Positions 47,801 through 60,079 of a stretch of DNA of 64,000 nucleotides are shown here, one piece after another (positions within the stretch are counted from its first letter, which is position 1; every line of letters begins with the position of its first letter). The position numbers and the translations under genes were made by a program. The notes beneath the pieces are model-generated. The model was not told the DNA's origin. It did no database searches and was given only the letters and a program-made list of their open reading frames with translations. Origin of the DNA: Lepidodermella squamata (lineage: Eukaryota; Animalia; Gastrotricha); NCBI GenBank assembly GCA_047495785.1, contig JBLDXI010000042.1, positions 4,836,001-4,900,000 on the forward strand, given 5' to 3'.

Positions 47801-50800
47801 GTCGTTTTTCAGTGAATTTCATGATTTTTTCCCAACTTTGACAGTTTTTATATCAAAGGTTGATTTTTAGCGAATTTTGTTTCAAACAAATTTTTTCTTC
47901 AGAACGTGTATATTTTTACGAATTTTTTTCTTGAAAATTTGAGCTTGGTAGTGTATCATTTTCAATGCAAATTTATGTTAAAGCGCTTGTGAAAATTCGT
48001 CTTTCATGCTTATATGTATTTGCTATATTCTCATTAGCTAGACAGACGCACGATTCCGCCATGTCGTAGAACTTGTTAGAACTTGCGCACGCATCTTTCT
48101 TCACTACACACTGTTGAAAATATACGATTATTATATTATTAAAAATATTTTCTGAATTATTTTACTGCAATACACGTTTGATTTCGCGAATGACTTTTTG
48201 CTTGCATTTTGTGTGAACAAGGAGGAGGCCGACGGACGACGTCGTTTGCCGCCGGGCGAGTGGGGCCCGCCGGCATCGAAGCTGCGTCGCAGCCGGGTGA
48301 CGGTACACTGCGTGCTCGTTTGGCTTCTCCAATCCCCTGAACAAATCTATTTAAAATTCCCTACTAATTCGAAAAAAATTCGATAATAATTTCCCTATCC
48401 TAAGTGTGATATTTTGTGATTAACGCTGATCAACAAAATCAATGCAACCCCGATTTAATTTTCATGATTTAATTTTTTCAATAATTTCTTGCGTACTTTT
48501 CTGTGTCGATTTGCAGCTCCTGAGGAGATTATGTACTACGAAATCGGAGGTAAAAAAAGCAACCGATCAAGACGTTTTATTTCGTGTGGCCTCTTTACGA
48601 TGAGTTTTTGCACCCCCAGAGTGAATTTCCCCCATTTAATGCTAATTTATGATTAGGAAGACTAAGAAATTATACTAAGCTTTAGTTGCCTGCAACTGAC
48701 TAAATACTTCACTTGAGTTGAGATAATTTCAATGTGCTTCTACATGTTTCTCGAACGATTTTAATGTTTCGTTCATTTTTATATCACACTCTCACTCACG
48801 TGGCTCGTATAAAGTAAAGATAATGACAAAACAGTGTATGAAAATTGAGACTTGGTAGAGATGTTAGTTTAGACCTAGGTTTAGACCAGGAAAAATTAGA
48901 GGAAGTTGTATAAAAAACTTAACGCTTTACCATATATCTAGGTTAGCTAACTATTTGATAGATAATAATTTTTGGAGTTAAATTTCATGATTGTACGAGA
49001 AATACGGTATTTATCAGCGTTTTTGATTGAAGCTTCGATGATTTATAAACTAACCGCATCAATATCCTCTCACGATTTCAATTTAACGTTTTGGTGTGAT
49101 TTTTTGTCTATTTCACGCGCAATTCCCCTCTTGATAATAGTATTTTCATTTTCATCTCATTTTTCCAGAGCAACCATCAATTGTATTCGAAGAGGCGCAT
49201 CCTTTCAATGTCCCATTTCCGGACAAAGTGCCGCTCTGCCTGCGATTCAAAGAGGGCGTCATGCAAGTGTTCGCCGATAAGGAACACATGGCCCGCGACG
49301 AGCCGTTGCCATGGCCCTACATGACCATTCAATCATTCGCGTCCGATTTTCAAAAAATCGCCCGTTCCGTGGCTGATGGTCCGTTGAAGTCGTTCTGCTG
49401 GCGGCGTTTATCGGTGCTGGAGTCAAAATTCAAGCTGCACTGCTACCTGAACGAGCTAACAGAGGCGGCCGAGCAGAAACGCGTGCCCCATCGCGATTTC
49501 TACAACATCCGTAAGGTCGACACGCACATTCACGCGGCGTCTTGCATGAATCAAAAGCACCTGCTGCGGTATATCAAGAAGAAGTTCCGCGTCTGTGGCA
49601 ATGACATCGTCTGCGAGAAGTACGGCGTGAGAATGTCGCTGAAGGAGGTGTTTGGCTCGATGCATTTGACGCCGTACGACCTGAGCGTCGACTCGCTGGA
49701 CATGCACGCGGACCGCAATACGTTTCACCGGTTCGACAAGTTCAACGCTAAGTACAACCCGATCGGGTCGAACATTTTGCGCGAGGTCTTTCTCAAAACT
49801 GACAACTACATCAACGGCCGTTACTTCGCCGGCATTATTCGCGAGGTAAATTATTGCATTGAATAATTCCTAGATAGCATTTCAAAATTCGAAAGCTACT
49901 CACTGAGTTATTAAATGTTATACCTGTATTATTCTGTTACACTTGGGCGTATTTTTTCCACTTGCCTAAGAAAGATGAAAAACCTTGATGAAAACACATA
50001 ATTTTTTAAGGCTTTTCTTGTAGAGAATTAATAGTTTCCCCGATTTTTCAATCGCCTCCAGAGTTTTGACCGATAAATTGAGAAGCAGAATTAATCAAAT
50101 CTTGGGAAATATTTTAATTTGACTTATTTGTATTGAAAATGTGGTATTACTTTCAGCCATTTGATTTTGATGCTCATTTTGCTGTCTGATTTATTAAAAG
50201 CTTTCGTCTTGTTAAGCATGTTCTAATTTATAAATCCACCAAGTCTGAACCCAATAGGATAAAAAATTGAGCGACTATACAGTTTAGGTTCAGAAGTGAG
50301 GCTTTTATGCAAATTTAGGGCACCTTCGAGAAGTTTTCAATTTTTCCTTTTTTTGACTTGGAGCAGCGAAGGCTCGCTAACGGCGAGGAATTAGCTCATT
50401 AGATTTTGTGAGCTCAATCTTATGGGCTCGAACTGTTTATGGTCGAATGATGAGCCGGGATGTTTATGGTTATGGAATGACAAGTGTTTGACTTTTTATG
50501 CATATTTAGGGAACCTCACCCTTTATTTGAGCGGACATTTTCAAATTTATTTTTAATCAACCAATCAAATATAAAACTGCTACTGACACAGCCATAATTC
50601 AATTCTTCCTCACTTTTCCTCCAAAAGCGGGCATCGCAAATAACGGGAATTCAAATAACAACCGAAAATTAGTAGATAATAGATACGTATCTAATTGGCA
50701 AGTGAAACACGGGGCTTGGCGTATTATCTGTATCTTGCAGCAAATCGGAAAGGTGTGTTGACTTGAAGAAAGACGATTTTTGGATTCCTCAGTTTTTGTA

Positions 50801-52660
50801 CTTGATTGTCTTTGATTTTAAAATTCCAATTTTCAGACCTCTAGGATGCTCCCATTTAAGACCAAACCCCATTTTGTACTTTTAACGGTCAAATTGAACC
50901 AGGGCCGTCTTCGGGTAAACCCACGCCGAAAAACTATTCTTTGTAGCAAATTTGATGTAAGAATTCGAGGCTAGAAGCTTGCGTTTACTTGAAAGTTACC
51001 TTAAACACCACTGGTTTCTTACTGGCTTTTTTTCTAATGACCGAAACTCAATTCATAGCTGCCGTGTAATGGTTTTTATAAAATGTCAGCATCAATTGTA
51101 GCAAAAACATAGCTGGCATTAGTATTTCGAGTCAAAGGGAAATTTTTGGCATTTCGCCTGAGCTTTTTTCATCTGGCGAGATTATCGCCTCAATATGTTA
51201 AATTGGGCTTCAAGAATATAGTTAACGGGTTTTTAGTGTATTTTCTCAGGTAAAGCATGTAGTTTTACGGGAGTGGAAAAAAATAACCACGCCGAGCTTA
51301 TAAATACTAGACGACCGTGGTTAATTTCGTAAATTTTGTCCGCTGTATATAATCAGTTCTTCACTTGACTACGGCATAGTAGCGTGACGAATGTAATCCT
51401 TTGAAGCTTGCTATGGCACACGTCTAATGCATGCGTTGGAGTTGTTTACAACGCGCTTAGACAGCGGAGTTTTTCAACGTTACACTTGTTCATGTCCACA
51501 TGAGCTAGTTGTTTTATTGAAGAGTATGAAGTATGCAAACACGTGTGCTGATAGCATATCATGTAGATGGAAAAAGTCTTGAATTAGGAACCAAAAAGAA
51601 AATGCCGGGCGTAAATTTGAAATTTGCTTGATTTCAGGTGATGGAAGATCTCGAAGACTCGAAGTACCAACACGCCGAGCTGCGTCTGTCCATCTACGGC
51701 CGCACGAACCGCGAGTGGGACCAGCTGGCGAAGTGGGCCGTCGAAAACAACATGTACTCGCCCAACGTTCGCTGGATGATTCAAATCCCGCGACTCTACG
51801 ACGTGTACTACGCTAATCGCAACGTCGTCAACTTTCAGCAATTTCTCGACAACGTCTTCCTGCCGCTCTTCGAGGCGACAATCGACCCAACCTCCCACCC
51901 TGACCTGTTCAAATTCATGCACCACATATCAGGGTTCGACTCGGTTGACGACGAGTCGAAGCCCGAAGACCGCCCGTTCGACGGCTCGGCCTGCGTCCCA
52001 CCCGAGTTGTGGAACGTGGCCGAGAACCCGCCGTACGCTTACTACCTGTTTTACATGTACGCCAATATAGCTGTGCTTAACCACTTGAGACAAGCGAGAG
52101 GCTTGAACGTGTACATGTTCCGCCCACATTGCGGCGAGGCTGGCTACCCGAGCCATCTGATCGCCGGGTTCCTGCTGGGCGATAACATCTCCCACGGGCT
52201 GCTGCTCCGCAAAGCCCCGGTGCTGCAATACTTGTTCTACCTAGCACAGATCGGCATAGCCATGTCACCTCTTTCAAACAACTCACTGTTTTTGAACTAC
52301 AACAGAAACCCATTGCCTGAGTATCTAGCCCACGGGTTGAATGTATCACTATCAACAGATGACCCGTTGCAATTCCACTTCACCAAGGAGCCGTTGATGG
52401 AGGAGTACTCCATGGCGGCTCAGGTGTGGAAGCTGACGTCGTGTGACATGTGTGAGCTAGCTCGTAATTCAGTCATGATGTCTGGCTTCGCCCATGAAGT
52501 GAAATCGCAGTGGTTGGGCTCGTTGTACACGCGAGAAGGCTGCGCAGGTAACGACATAGCCCGTACGAATGTTCCGGATATTCGCATTGCATACCGCTAC
52601 GAGACGCTGCTGGAAGAACTGCACCGTCTGTCTCACGCCATCGTCCATCACACTTCGTAG
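44854..52660 (+). CDS. AMPD: AMP deaminase (AMPD2-like)
   Basis: Exons 44854-45037, 45092-45518, 46861-47351, 49169-49845, 51638-52660, phase-consistent; motifs [35 protein letters not shown], and signature [11 protein letters not shown]. Confidence 0.95.
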
Positions 52661-53742
52661 TTGAACAAAAAAATATATAAAAATAGGCGAAATTTTAACA
52701 AAACCAGCATGAAAACCTCCTTAAGCGCTCAAGCGTGTTTGCGATCTTGAAACGTCCTTCGTTTTTCTTCCGTCGAACCGCCGCAACTCAGTAGAATCAA
52801 ACTCGGTGACGTGATGCAAACAATGGAAGGAACAAAATGAATGAAGATTATTTTCAGCTAATTATTATTATTATCAATCCGACCATCGAATTGCGATACA
52901 GTAGCAAAGTATTATAGTGTTGTGCAAAATTATTAGATATACTTAATAATTAGCTATTGTTCAAACTTAACCTATTGTTGTTCGTTTGATTTGTTTTTCT
53001 GTGTTGGGCTTCAAAAAATTATCCAATTTATCTCCGACCTTCTGCTCCTTCATAAATATATATTTGACCGTTGCTGCTCTGGATGTAATGATAATAGTAA
53101 TAATAAAGAAGCATTAAAATTGTTATCTGGAATTATTTATGTAATATCATCATATGACGATTTCTTGTTGCATTTATTACTCACCTTAACAGCTTGAATC
53201 CTTTAAGAAGCTGTGGAATTTTAATAACAATAAAAAATGAGTCATTCTGTGATGTTCACACCGTTTTTTAAGGAACGGGAACGGGAAAGGGAAAAGGATG
53301 AAGCTGAAATATACTTGTCGCTCAATGCCCTGCCGTAATGCTGCGGTTGGCGAAATACGTGCGCAGTGTTTGAGTCTTATTAGTGTAGCTATTTGTAGGG
53401 AGCCGACGGCTGGATACGGCTCTAAAGCATAGCCGTTAAGGAGCGTGTGCTATTGAACAAGGTGCCATCTAGCCGTTAGCTACGAAAAAACACAACATAC
53501 CTAACACGCTTTGAGCGTATAATATATGACCAACAGCGGGACCAAAAATACTACATGTTGTACGGCGAAACATCTTAAGTACTACCGATTTTTGTCATGC
53601 TCAGTAGTGGATAAGTTGGCGGCTCGGCTATTTTAAGAAAAATTGTCAGCATGGCATGGCGTATAAAAACGCGTGTGTCAGGTGAGCGGGCAGCCAAAAC
53701 CTGAATTTCATTTTTCAAGCGCAGTAATAAAAACCGCGCGAA

Positions 53743-55137
53743 ATGACCAGCCAAATAAATCAAGCTTTCTTCTATCAAAGGCCAATGTTTTCTACCAACG
53801 CGTGCTTCATCCAGCGTGGACCGCCTGATACGCTTCCACCGATCGGAATGGTCCTACCAACGCAACAGCCCCAATGGATTTGCAGCCAGATGCCACAACA
53901 TCACTGCCACTGCCAACATCCTGGGTCTTATTGGCCTGCCAGCAACCAACAGCCACACAGTTCCTACCAACATTATCAGCCACAGCAGTTTTGCAGCCCT
54001 CCATGGATTGAATACGATCAGAAACCTCATCAGCCTCCGACGATCTGGGACAATGGAAGAGTCGAGGTTGCCTACGAACCTAGTGTGCTGGTAACACCGC
54101 CTCCTTCATATTACTCGTCAACAGGCAAAAGCGAAGAGATGACCAGCCCTGATCGAATGGAAGAAGATATCGATGATTTCTTCGACCAGCTCAGCCCGGC
54201 TAATTTATTCCTGGAAGAAACACCAGAACCCCACACTGTCGAACAATCCTCTCAGTCAAATACCACGATTCCAAAGGTTGAAGCTGTACCGATCGAAGCT
54301 GATTCGGAGTTGACTGAGCAACTAATTGACCTGTCGAGAACAAAGGCAGATCAGCCAACCGAGAAACAAAGAACTCGCAGAAATACGCCAAAGGTAGTTT
54401 ATCGAGAGGCGTGCAGCGACACTGAATCTGAAATTAGCGAAGATGAGGAGGAATTCGACCAAACCTTGCCCGATATCGCATCAAGAAAGAGAAATTGCCT
54501 GACGCTCTGGCGATTCCTACTGCAGCTTCTTCTCGAAGGGTGAGTTGAATGATGATGTTTGATTAGCTCATTTACAGTGTTATATTATTTCAGCCGTTTC
54601 CCTGAATATCTGAGCTGGAAGAACGAAAAGCTGTTCACGTTCAAAATCTTGAACACCGCGGCCGTGGCAGTTCTCTGGGGTCTGTACAAGAATTGTCCGG
54701 CGATGGATTACTCGAAACTGTCCCGGGGTCTTCGCTACTATTACCCGAAAGGCATTATCTCGAAGCAGAAGGAACGCTACGTCTACCAGTTGACGAAAAC
54801 GCGCTCTTTAATGCGAGCGGTTGAGAAGCATGAAAAGCGATGTGAAGTCAAAATCGAAGCTGCTACTGAAGATGTTTCTAAAATCGACGGAACAGTATCT
54901 GAGGCCCTCATGAATTCTGAAGCCTACTCTGAAGCTATCTCTCGAGTGGCCATGCAAACGAGAAGATGCAAACCTGCCAGGACGCCAGCAGCGAAACGCA
55001 GATTATCAGCCCCCGCGCCACCACCTCGTCGGAAATTCGCCCGCAAGACTCGGCGAGCCAACTCATTGGTCTCCCCTCCCTCAACTGATGATGAATCGAA
55101 TCACTGTCCATCACTTTGTTCGTCCATCGAAATGTGA
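53743..55137 (+). CDS. ETS-domain transcription factor 1 (divergent)
   Basis: Exons 53743-54539 and 54594-55137; LWRFLLQLL...SW...FKI...LWG..KNCPAMDYSKLSRGLRYYY; TATAAAA at ~53662. Confidence 0.9.
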
Positions 55138-56856
55138 CATCTCACTCTTACCAGTACCATATTAGAACTTTAATTTCACTCATGATTACCATTATAACTT
55201 TGAGCACCAAATCCTGCCGGTGAATTTTATACTATTGCGTTATTTATTTCATCCGGTACTTTTTTCTTCGACATAGCATAGACTGAAATAAAAGTCTTTT
55301 GATGATTTTTAACTTGAAAGGAGTCAGTTGAGTGTTAGCAATATTAGACAAATGTTTAAGCTGTCGATGAAGTACACCATCCTGCAGAATACAATCTCGG
55401 TAGCGTTGCAGCTTAACTCTCCATTCGACGGTAATTATTTTACCCGAAAGCGTACAATGTTCTTCTCATAAGAGTGCGTATACTGTTGCGGTAAAACATG
55501 GCGTTAATTTTACCGTAAACCACTATCTTCTCGTTAACTGATTGAAGACACAGCGAGCAAAATAATTGCATTGTTCCTTTTGTCATCAAGAAAGCTTAAG
55601 ACATACGTAATGCTCCCGTGATATTCCTTAACACTGCTCCTATTACCCACATACGAGTCGTTGTTTACCTGAGCGTTGCTATGAATTGCCGCCAGCGGTA
55701 GAATAATACATACCACAACTGAGAACAAAATGTATCGTCAAAAAGGCACACCGAAACGGTAGCGATCTGGAGAGATGGGGCAAATCATCGAAAAATTTAG
55801 TACACAAGCCACATTTTATGAATTGCTGGCTTTGGGGGCAAAAAATTGACCACTGTACTGTAATCATGACACAAGTCCGACGGACAATCAGGCCAACTTG
55901 ACCCTTCTCAAATATTTTAAAAGAAAGTTGGCTATGAAGATCAGCTTTGTTCATTTGGTAATTGGCATATTATTTGAGGAGTTTATTTCGCGGCCGTCAG
56001 TCCCTACAATACGATCATATCAATGATGAATCACCAGTCACACCGTCAGCTTTACCTTATATCCCAATAACTCTTATAGTATTTAGTATTGCACTTTCAT
56101 TTCTGTTGAAGACATTTCACGAGTATAATACGCATGAACACCATTACAAATGTGAAGGAGTAGAAAGAACACACTACAACGACAGAGCCTCTGCTGCGAT
56201 GGGCGTTGAATAAGAAATGTCGTGACGGGCGTATAACAAAAAAAACACGCCATTACGATACAACGTTAAGCTTCACAAGCAGTTTTCCTTGTTGTATAGA
56301 ACAAACGTGTATAAGTGAAATATAAAGGAAATTAAAGTTTCGTAGCTTTCCTTTTTCCGTCCTTACTCACCTCATGAGATATACCTACAGAAACCTTCCG
56401 TTATTAAAATAGCGCATTTTTCATTTCCGCCCGTTAGACAACAGGAAGCTTAAGATGACGAATGATAGCAGTGGCCAATCACCGAACGAGGCAGTACCAA
56501 GCCATGCCATCAGCCAACCGGACGTTTTAGACAGCGACATTATGCCCTCTTCGCCAACACTAGCTGACATTTCATTATACCCTATACCATCTGCTGTAAC
56601 CAGATTTGGTAAGCAGTCCGTTTAGCAATATGAGTTCCAGGAAAGACTACAAATTTGAAATCCGATTAGAGTCGAACCCTCCTATAATCGACATGCATCT
56701 GCTTGAGCCTTTTCTAAGGCGTTCGATCCTAAAGCAGGTATTAATTAGTTAACAACATTTTGAAACCTTTTATACTTATCATCACGCCAGACCCTGGAAT
56801 CGATCGCAGATAGCCCGGCAAATGGTTCGTCTCAACCTCAATTTGTTGAAAGGTCG

Positions 56857-58308
56857 ATGAGCAATATGGCTGAAGAAATTATGGAAGCCCTTGTGCGAAT
56901 AGTCAGCAACGACTCAGTTCGACGAACCAACAGCACAGCTCTTGTTCCAGCAACCTCGACTACCCAGCCTGTGATAGAGACTGTTAAAGAAGAGGCGTTG
57001 AGTGCCTCGAGAGCTGTTAGCACCGTTGAGCCAGCAAAATCGTCAAATCAACCTGGAACCTCGAATTCAAACGTTACTAGAACAATTAGCGCGCAGCAAA
57101 TTTTTCCTCACATGGTCGCTCGCTATCTATCCTCATTTGGGTCGTCAATATCTGGAATGTCCAGCCTTCCGGCCGTTGAGGCTACTCTTACTCTTTCCGC
57201 TCAGTCTCTTGTGAACACGATGTCTAATTGGAATTTACTTGACGCGAGAGCGGACGTAGCAGTTTCAGCTGCCACACTTTTTAACGCGCAGCTACAGCAA
57301 CATAGGCAGCAGCAGCCTGTTATTTACTACCAGCAATATCAACCAGGATTTTTTCAAAATTTATCGCCTTCATTCAACTTATACCAAATGCCAATGGCAG
57401 CCCATAATCAGTCTTTCTCTCTTCAAGCTTCGTTGAGCAACACGCCACTGAACCTTTCTACTGAATCTTTGAGTCGAAAAGTCGAAGACCTGCCTGCTAT
57501 CACTCCTTCTGCTGGATTGTCTTCAACTCTCGTTGCTCGACTGGCGGCTAGAATTAACGGGCCATCGATTTCACCTCGTCGATCGATCCCTGAGCCTGAT
57601 CTTACGGACGAAGAAGATGCGGAGATTAATGTTGAAATCACCTCGCCAACAGCAGAAAATCCGCCTTCTGCGAGAAAACGCTCTATAGGTTCCGAGGATA
57701 AGGATGCTACGGACCTGAAACGAAAACGGAAAACTTCGTTAGATGGCAATGCTTCGCCCAAGTCAGCAGCTGAAGCTTCGATAAATCGAGTTGTGACCAA
57801 CTTACTTGACGAAATTGAATGCGAAGCTCGAGGGCTTGATGCACTTCAAACTATTGGACCTAAGCAGCAATTCGTGTTATGGCAATACTTGTTACACCTC
57901 CTTTTGAACAAGGAAAACGAGGCCATAATTCACTGGACGTCAAGCGAACGCTGGGAATTCAAAATTGTGGATGTTAAGACTGTGGCGAAGCTATGGGGGG
58001 CTCACAAGGACTGCCCAGCGATGAATTACGAGAAAATGGCCCGCGGTTTACGTTACTACTACCCGAAAGGAATGCTTAACAAAACGAAACGGCGTTACTT
58101 CTACCACTTCAGTGATGAGACGATGCGAATGGCTCTGGCTGAGGATTACCTACCGCCAGCTCAGCTTTTCGCTAAAATCGGAGTAATACCTCGCCTTGTT
58201 TCAAATACGAAAGCGCGTCCCGCACCTGTGGAAGACAGTGATCCCGGTTCGGAGGATGAGTCAACAAGGGCTCTTCATGAGGGAATTACAAGGAACTCGG
58301 TGAAATAA
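56857..58308 (+). CDS. ETS-domain transcription factor 2 (divergent, intronless ORF)
   Basis: LWQYLLHLL...IHW...FKI...VAKLWG..KDCPAMNYEKMARGLRYYY; Q/S-rich N-terminus with PLNLS. Confidence 0.9.
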   Translation: MSNMAEEIMEALVRIVSNDSVRRTNSTALVPATSTTQPVIETVKEEALSASRAVSTVEPAKSSNQPGTSNSNVTRTISAQQIFPHMVARYLSSFGSSISGMSSLPAVEATLTLSAQSLVNTMSNWNLLDARADVAVSAATLFNAQLQQHRQQQPVIYYQQYQPGFFQNLSPSFNLYQMPMAAHNQSFSLQASLSNTPLNLSTESLSRKVEDLPAITPSAGLSSTLVARLAARINGPSISPRRSIPEPDLTDEEDAEINVEITSPTAENPPSARKRSIGSEDKDATDLKRKRKTSLDGNASPKSAAEASINRVVTNLLDEIECEARGLDALQTIGPKQQFVLWQYLLHLLLNKENEAIIHWTSSERWEFKIVDVKTVAKLWGAHKDCPAMNYEKMARGLRYYYPKGMLNKTKRRYFYHFSDETMRMALAEDYLPPAQLFAKIGVIPRLVSNTKARPAPVEDSDPGSEDESTRALHEGITRNSVK

Positions 58309-58543
58309 CAGATATTCCTGCATAGATTTTGATTCATTCCTGTGAAATTCTGTACAAAAAGGTGAACTTGTATTTTCTAACTTATGCTTCAATAAAACGA
58401 TATCGCTTTTCATGCTGGCTTCATAGTTTTAGTTTTTAGTGAATTTTTGCTACTAAATTGAACGGACTTTCAAGTTGGAAATAGTTCCTTCTTTCAAGTA
58501 CAGCCAAGACAGCCAAAGACAGCTTAATTACAGATGATGGAAC

Positions 58544-58945
58544 CAGGGCTGGTTTAACATTCGGGTTTTGGGTGGCATCTGGGCACTTCCTGGGCATCTG
58601 GCATCTGGGCCCTATTCTTCCTATCTTTCCGCAAAAACTAGGTTTTTTCATACTTAAAACCATGATCTAAGTCAATTTCCTCAATTTCCTGATTCTTCTT
58701 GCTTATTCAAAATAAATCGAGTAGGATTAGTAATGATGCAATAAATTAGTAGATGACAACCTAGCGAGCATTTTTACATTTAAATCGAAGTAGGATACGC
58801 TTATCCGACTGATTGGACAGGTTCTTAAATGCGAAGCTTAACGACCCAATGAAGGCCCTAACTTGTTTGTAAAAGCGAACTTTTCACCATTTACTGGTGG
58901 CCCCTGGGCACGTGCCCGCTGTGCCCGTGCGTTAATCCGGCCCTG
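58544..58945. mobile_element. hAT-type MITE
   Basis: TIR CAGGGCTGGTTTAAC / GTTAATCCGGCCCTG; perfect 8-bp TSD GATGGAAC (58536-58543, 58946-58953). Confidence 0.9.
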
Positions 58946-60079
58946 GATGGAACGCTAAGATAGTATGAGGCCGTTATTGCAAATGAAAGCGGTTGTTTGG
59001 GTGCAATCAGTAAATTCATATGAAACATGCATAGTCGAGCCACGATAAAGTTGAACTTAATAAGTGCGCACGCTGATTGGTCAACCCGTCTATGACTCAT
59101 GAAAACATTTTGGTCGTGCAGTCCACTGACAAATTAATAAAAAAATAATCTTGCCACGCCAGTTGCATAGTTTCCAATGACCTCGGCTGTAAATCCCACG
59201 TAAATCGTGGTCAACTACTAAGCATCAAGAGAGCCAAGAGCATTCAGATTTTCCCAATGTGTATATTTCACGTGAACGGGCCCACTGAATCCACGTGATC
59301 CTGTATCGCAGGAGTCAACTGCCCGCTCCTCAAGAACTTATATTTGGATATATACTTGAGCCAACTACACATCGCTTCACTATCCCTGTATGACAGAAAT
59401 TCTATTTTCAGCTCAATAACGAAATAATTCTTGGCTGTCACGAGTTGTGTGTTTTCACGCGAAAAGCCATTGTTAAGCCATTGTTAAGCCAGCATGAATA
59501 ATGCAATAATTTGAATCAGCCACAGAAAAAATCACTGCGGCTTCTATTAGCACAAATATTTTTTCGTACGTTACACCCACGCAGTTTGCTCGACTTTGCA
59601 TTGTTTTGTATCATCGTGTCTGTGTGCCTGCGGTGCCGTTTATGGCTACAGTAGAAAACTGTACGAATTGACTGTACAAATTGACACGCCTGAAATTATT
59701 CTTTAAAATTTGAAATCTTTAAAATTTGCATTGTTTTTTTATCATAACTCGCCTCAACCCGCTACCACTATATTTTTTATGAATGAACGCTCGCTTGAAA
59801 TTGTGAATGAAGTTGTTTTTTCCATTGTAAGAACGAGACACGAAACAATTCTGATTACAATTAAAGCTATAACTGCCACTGTACGGCGACATTGACGCCG
59901 TAAAAATGCATCATTCCATTCATAAAATCTCGGGCGGCGCTTACTCGAGTCACGCCATTGCAGTAGGTGCGCGCGAGTATTTAAGTCATCTCAAACCGCT
60001 CACTTCCCATCATTGTGAACCTTAAGCGAAAGCTGGAAAAAAAACCGCTGAGTAATTTTCACTACTATAATAAACGGCG

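Noticed and set aside
46964-52651. Long antisense ORFs over AMPD exons
   Set aside because: Expected from the GC-rich codon usage of the sense gene.
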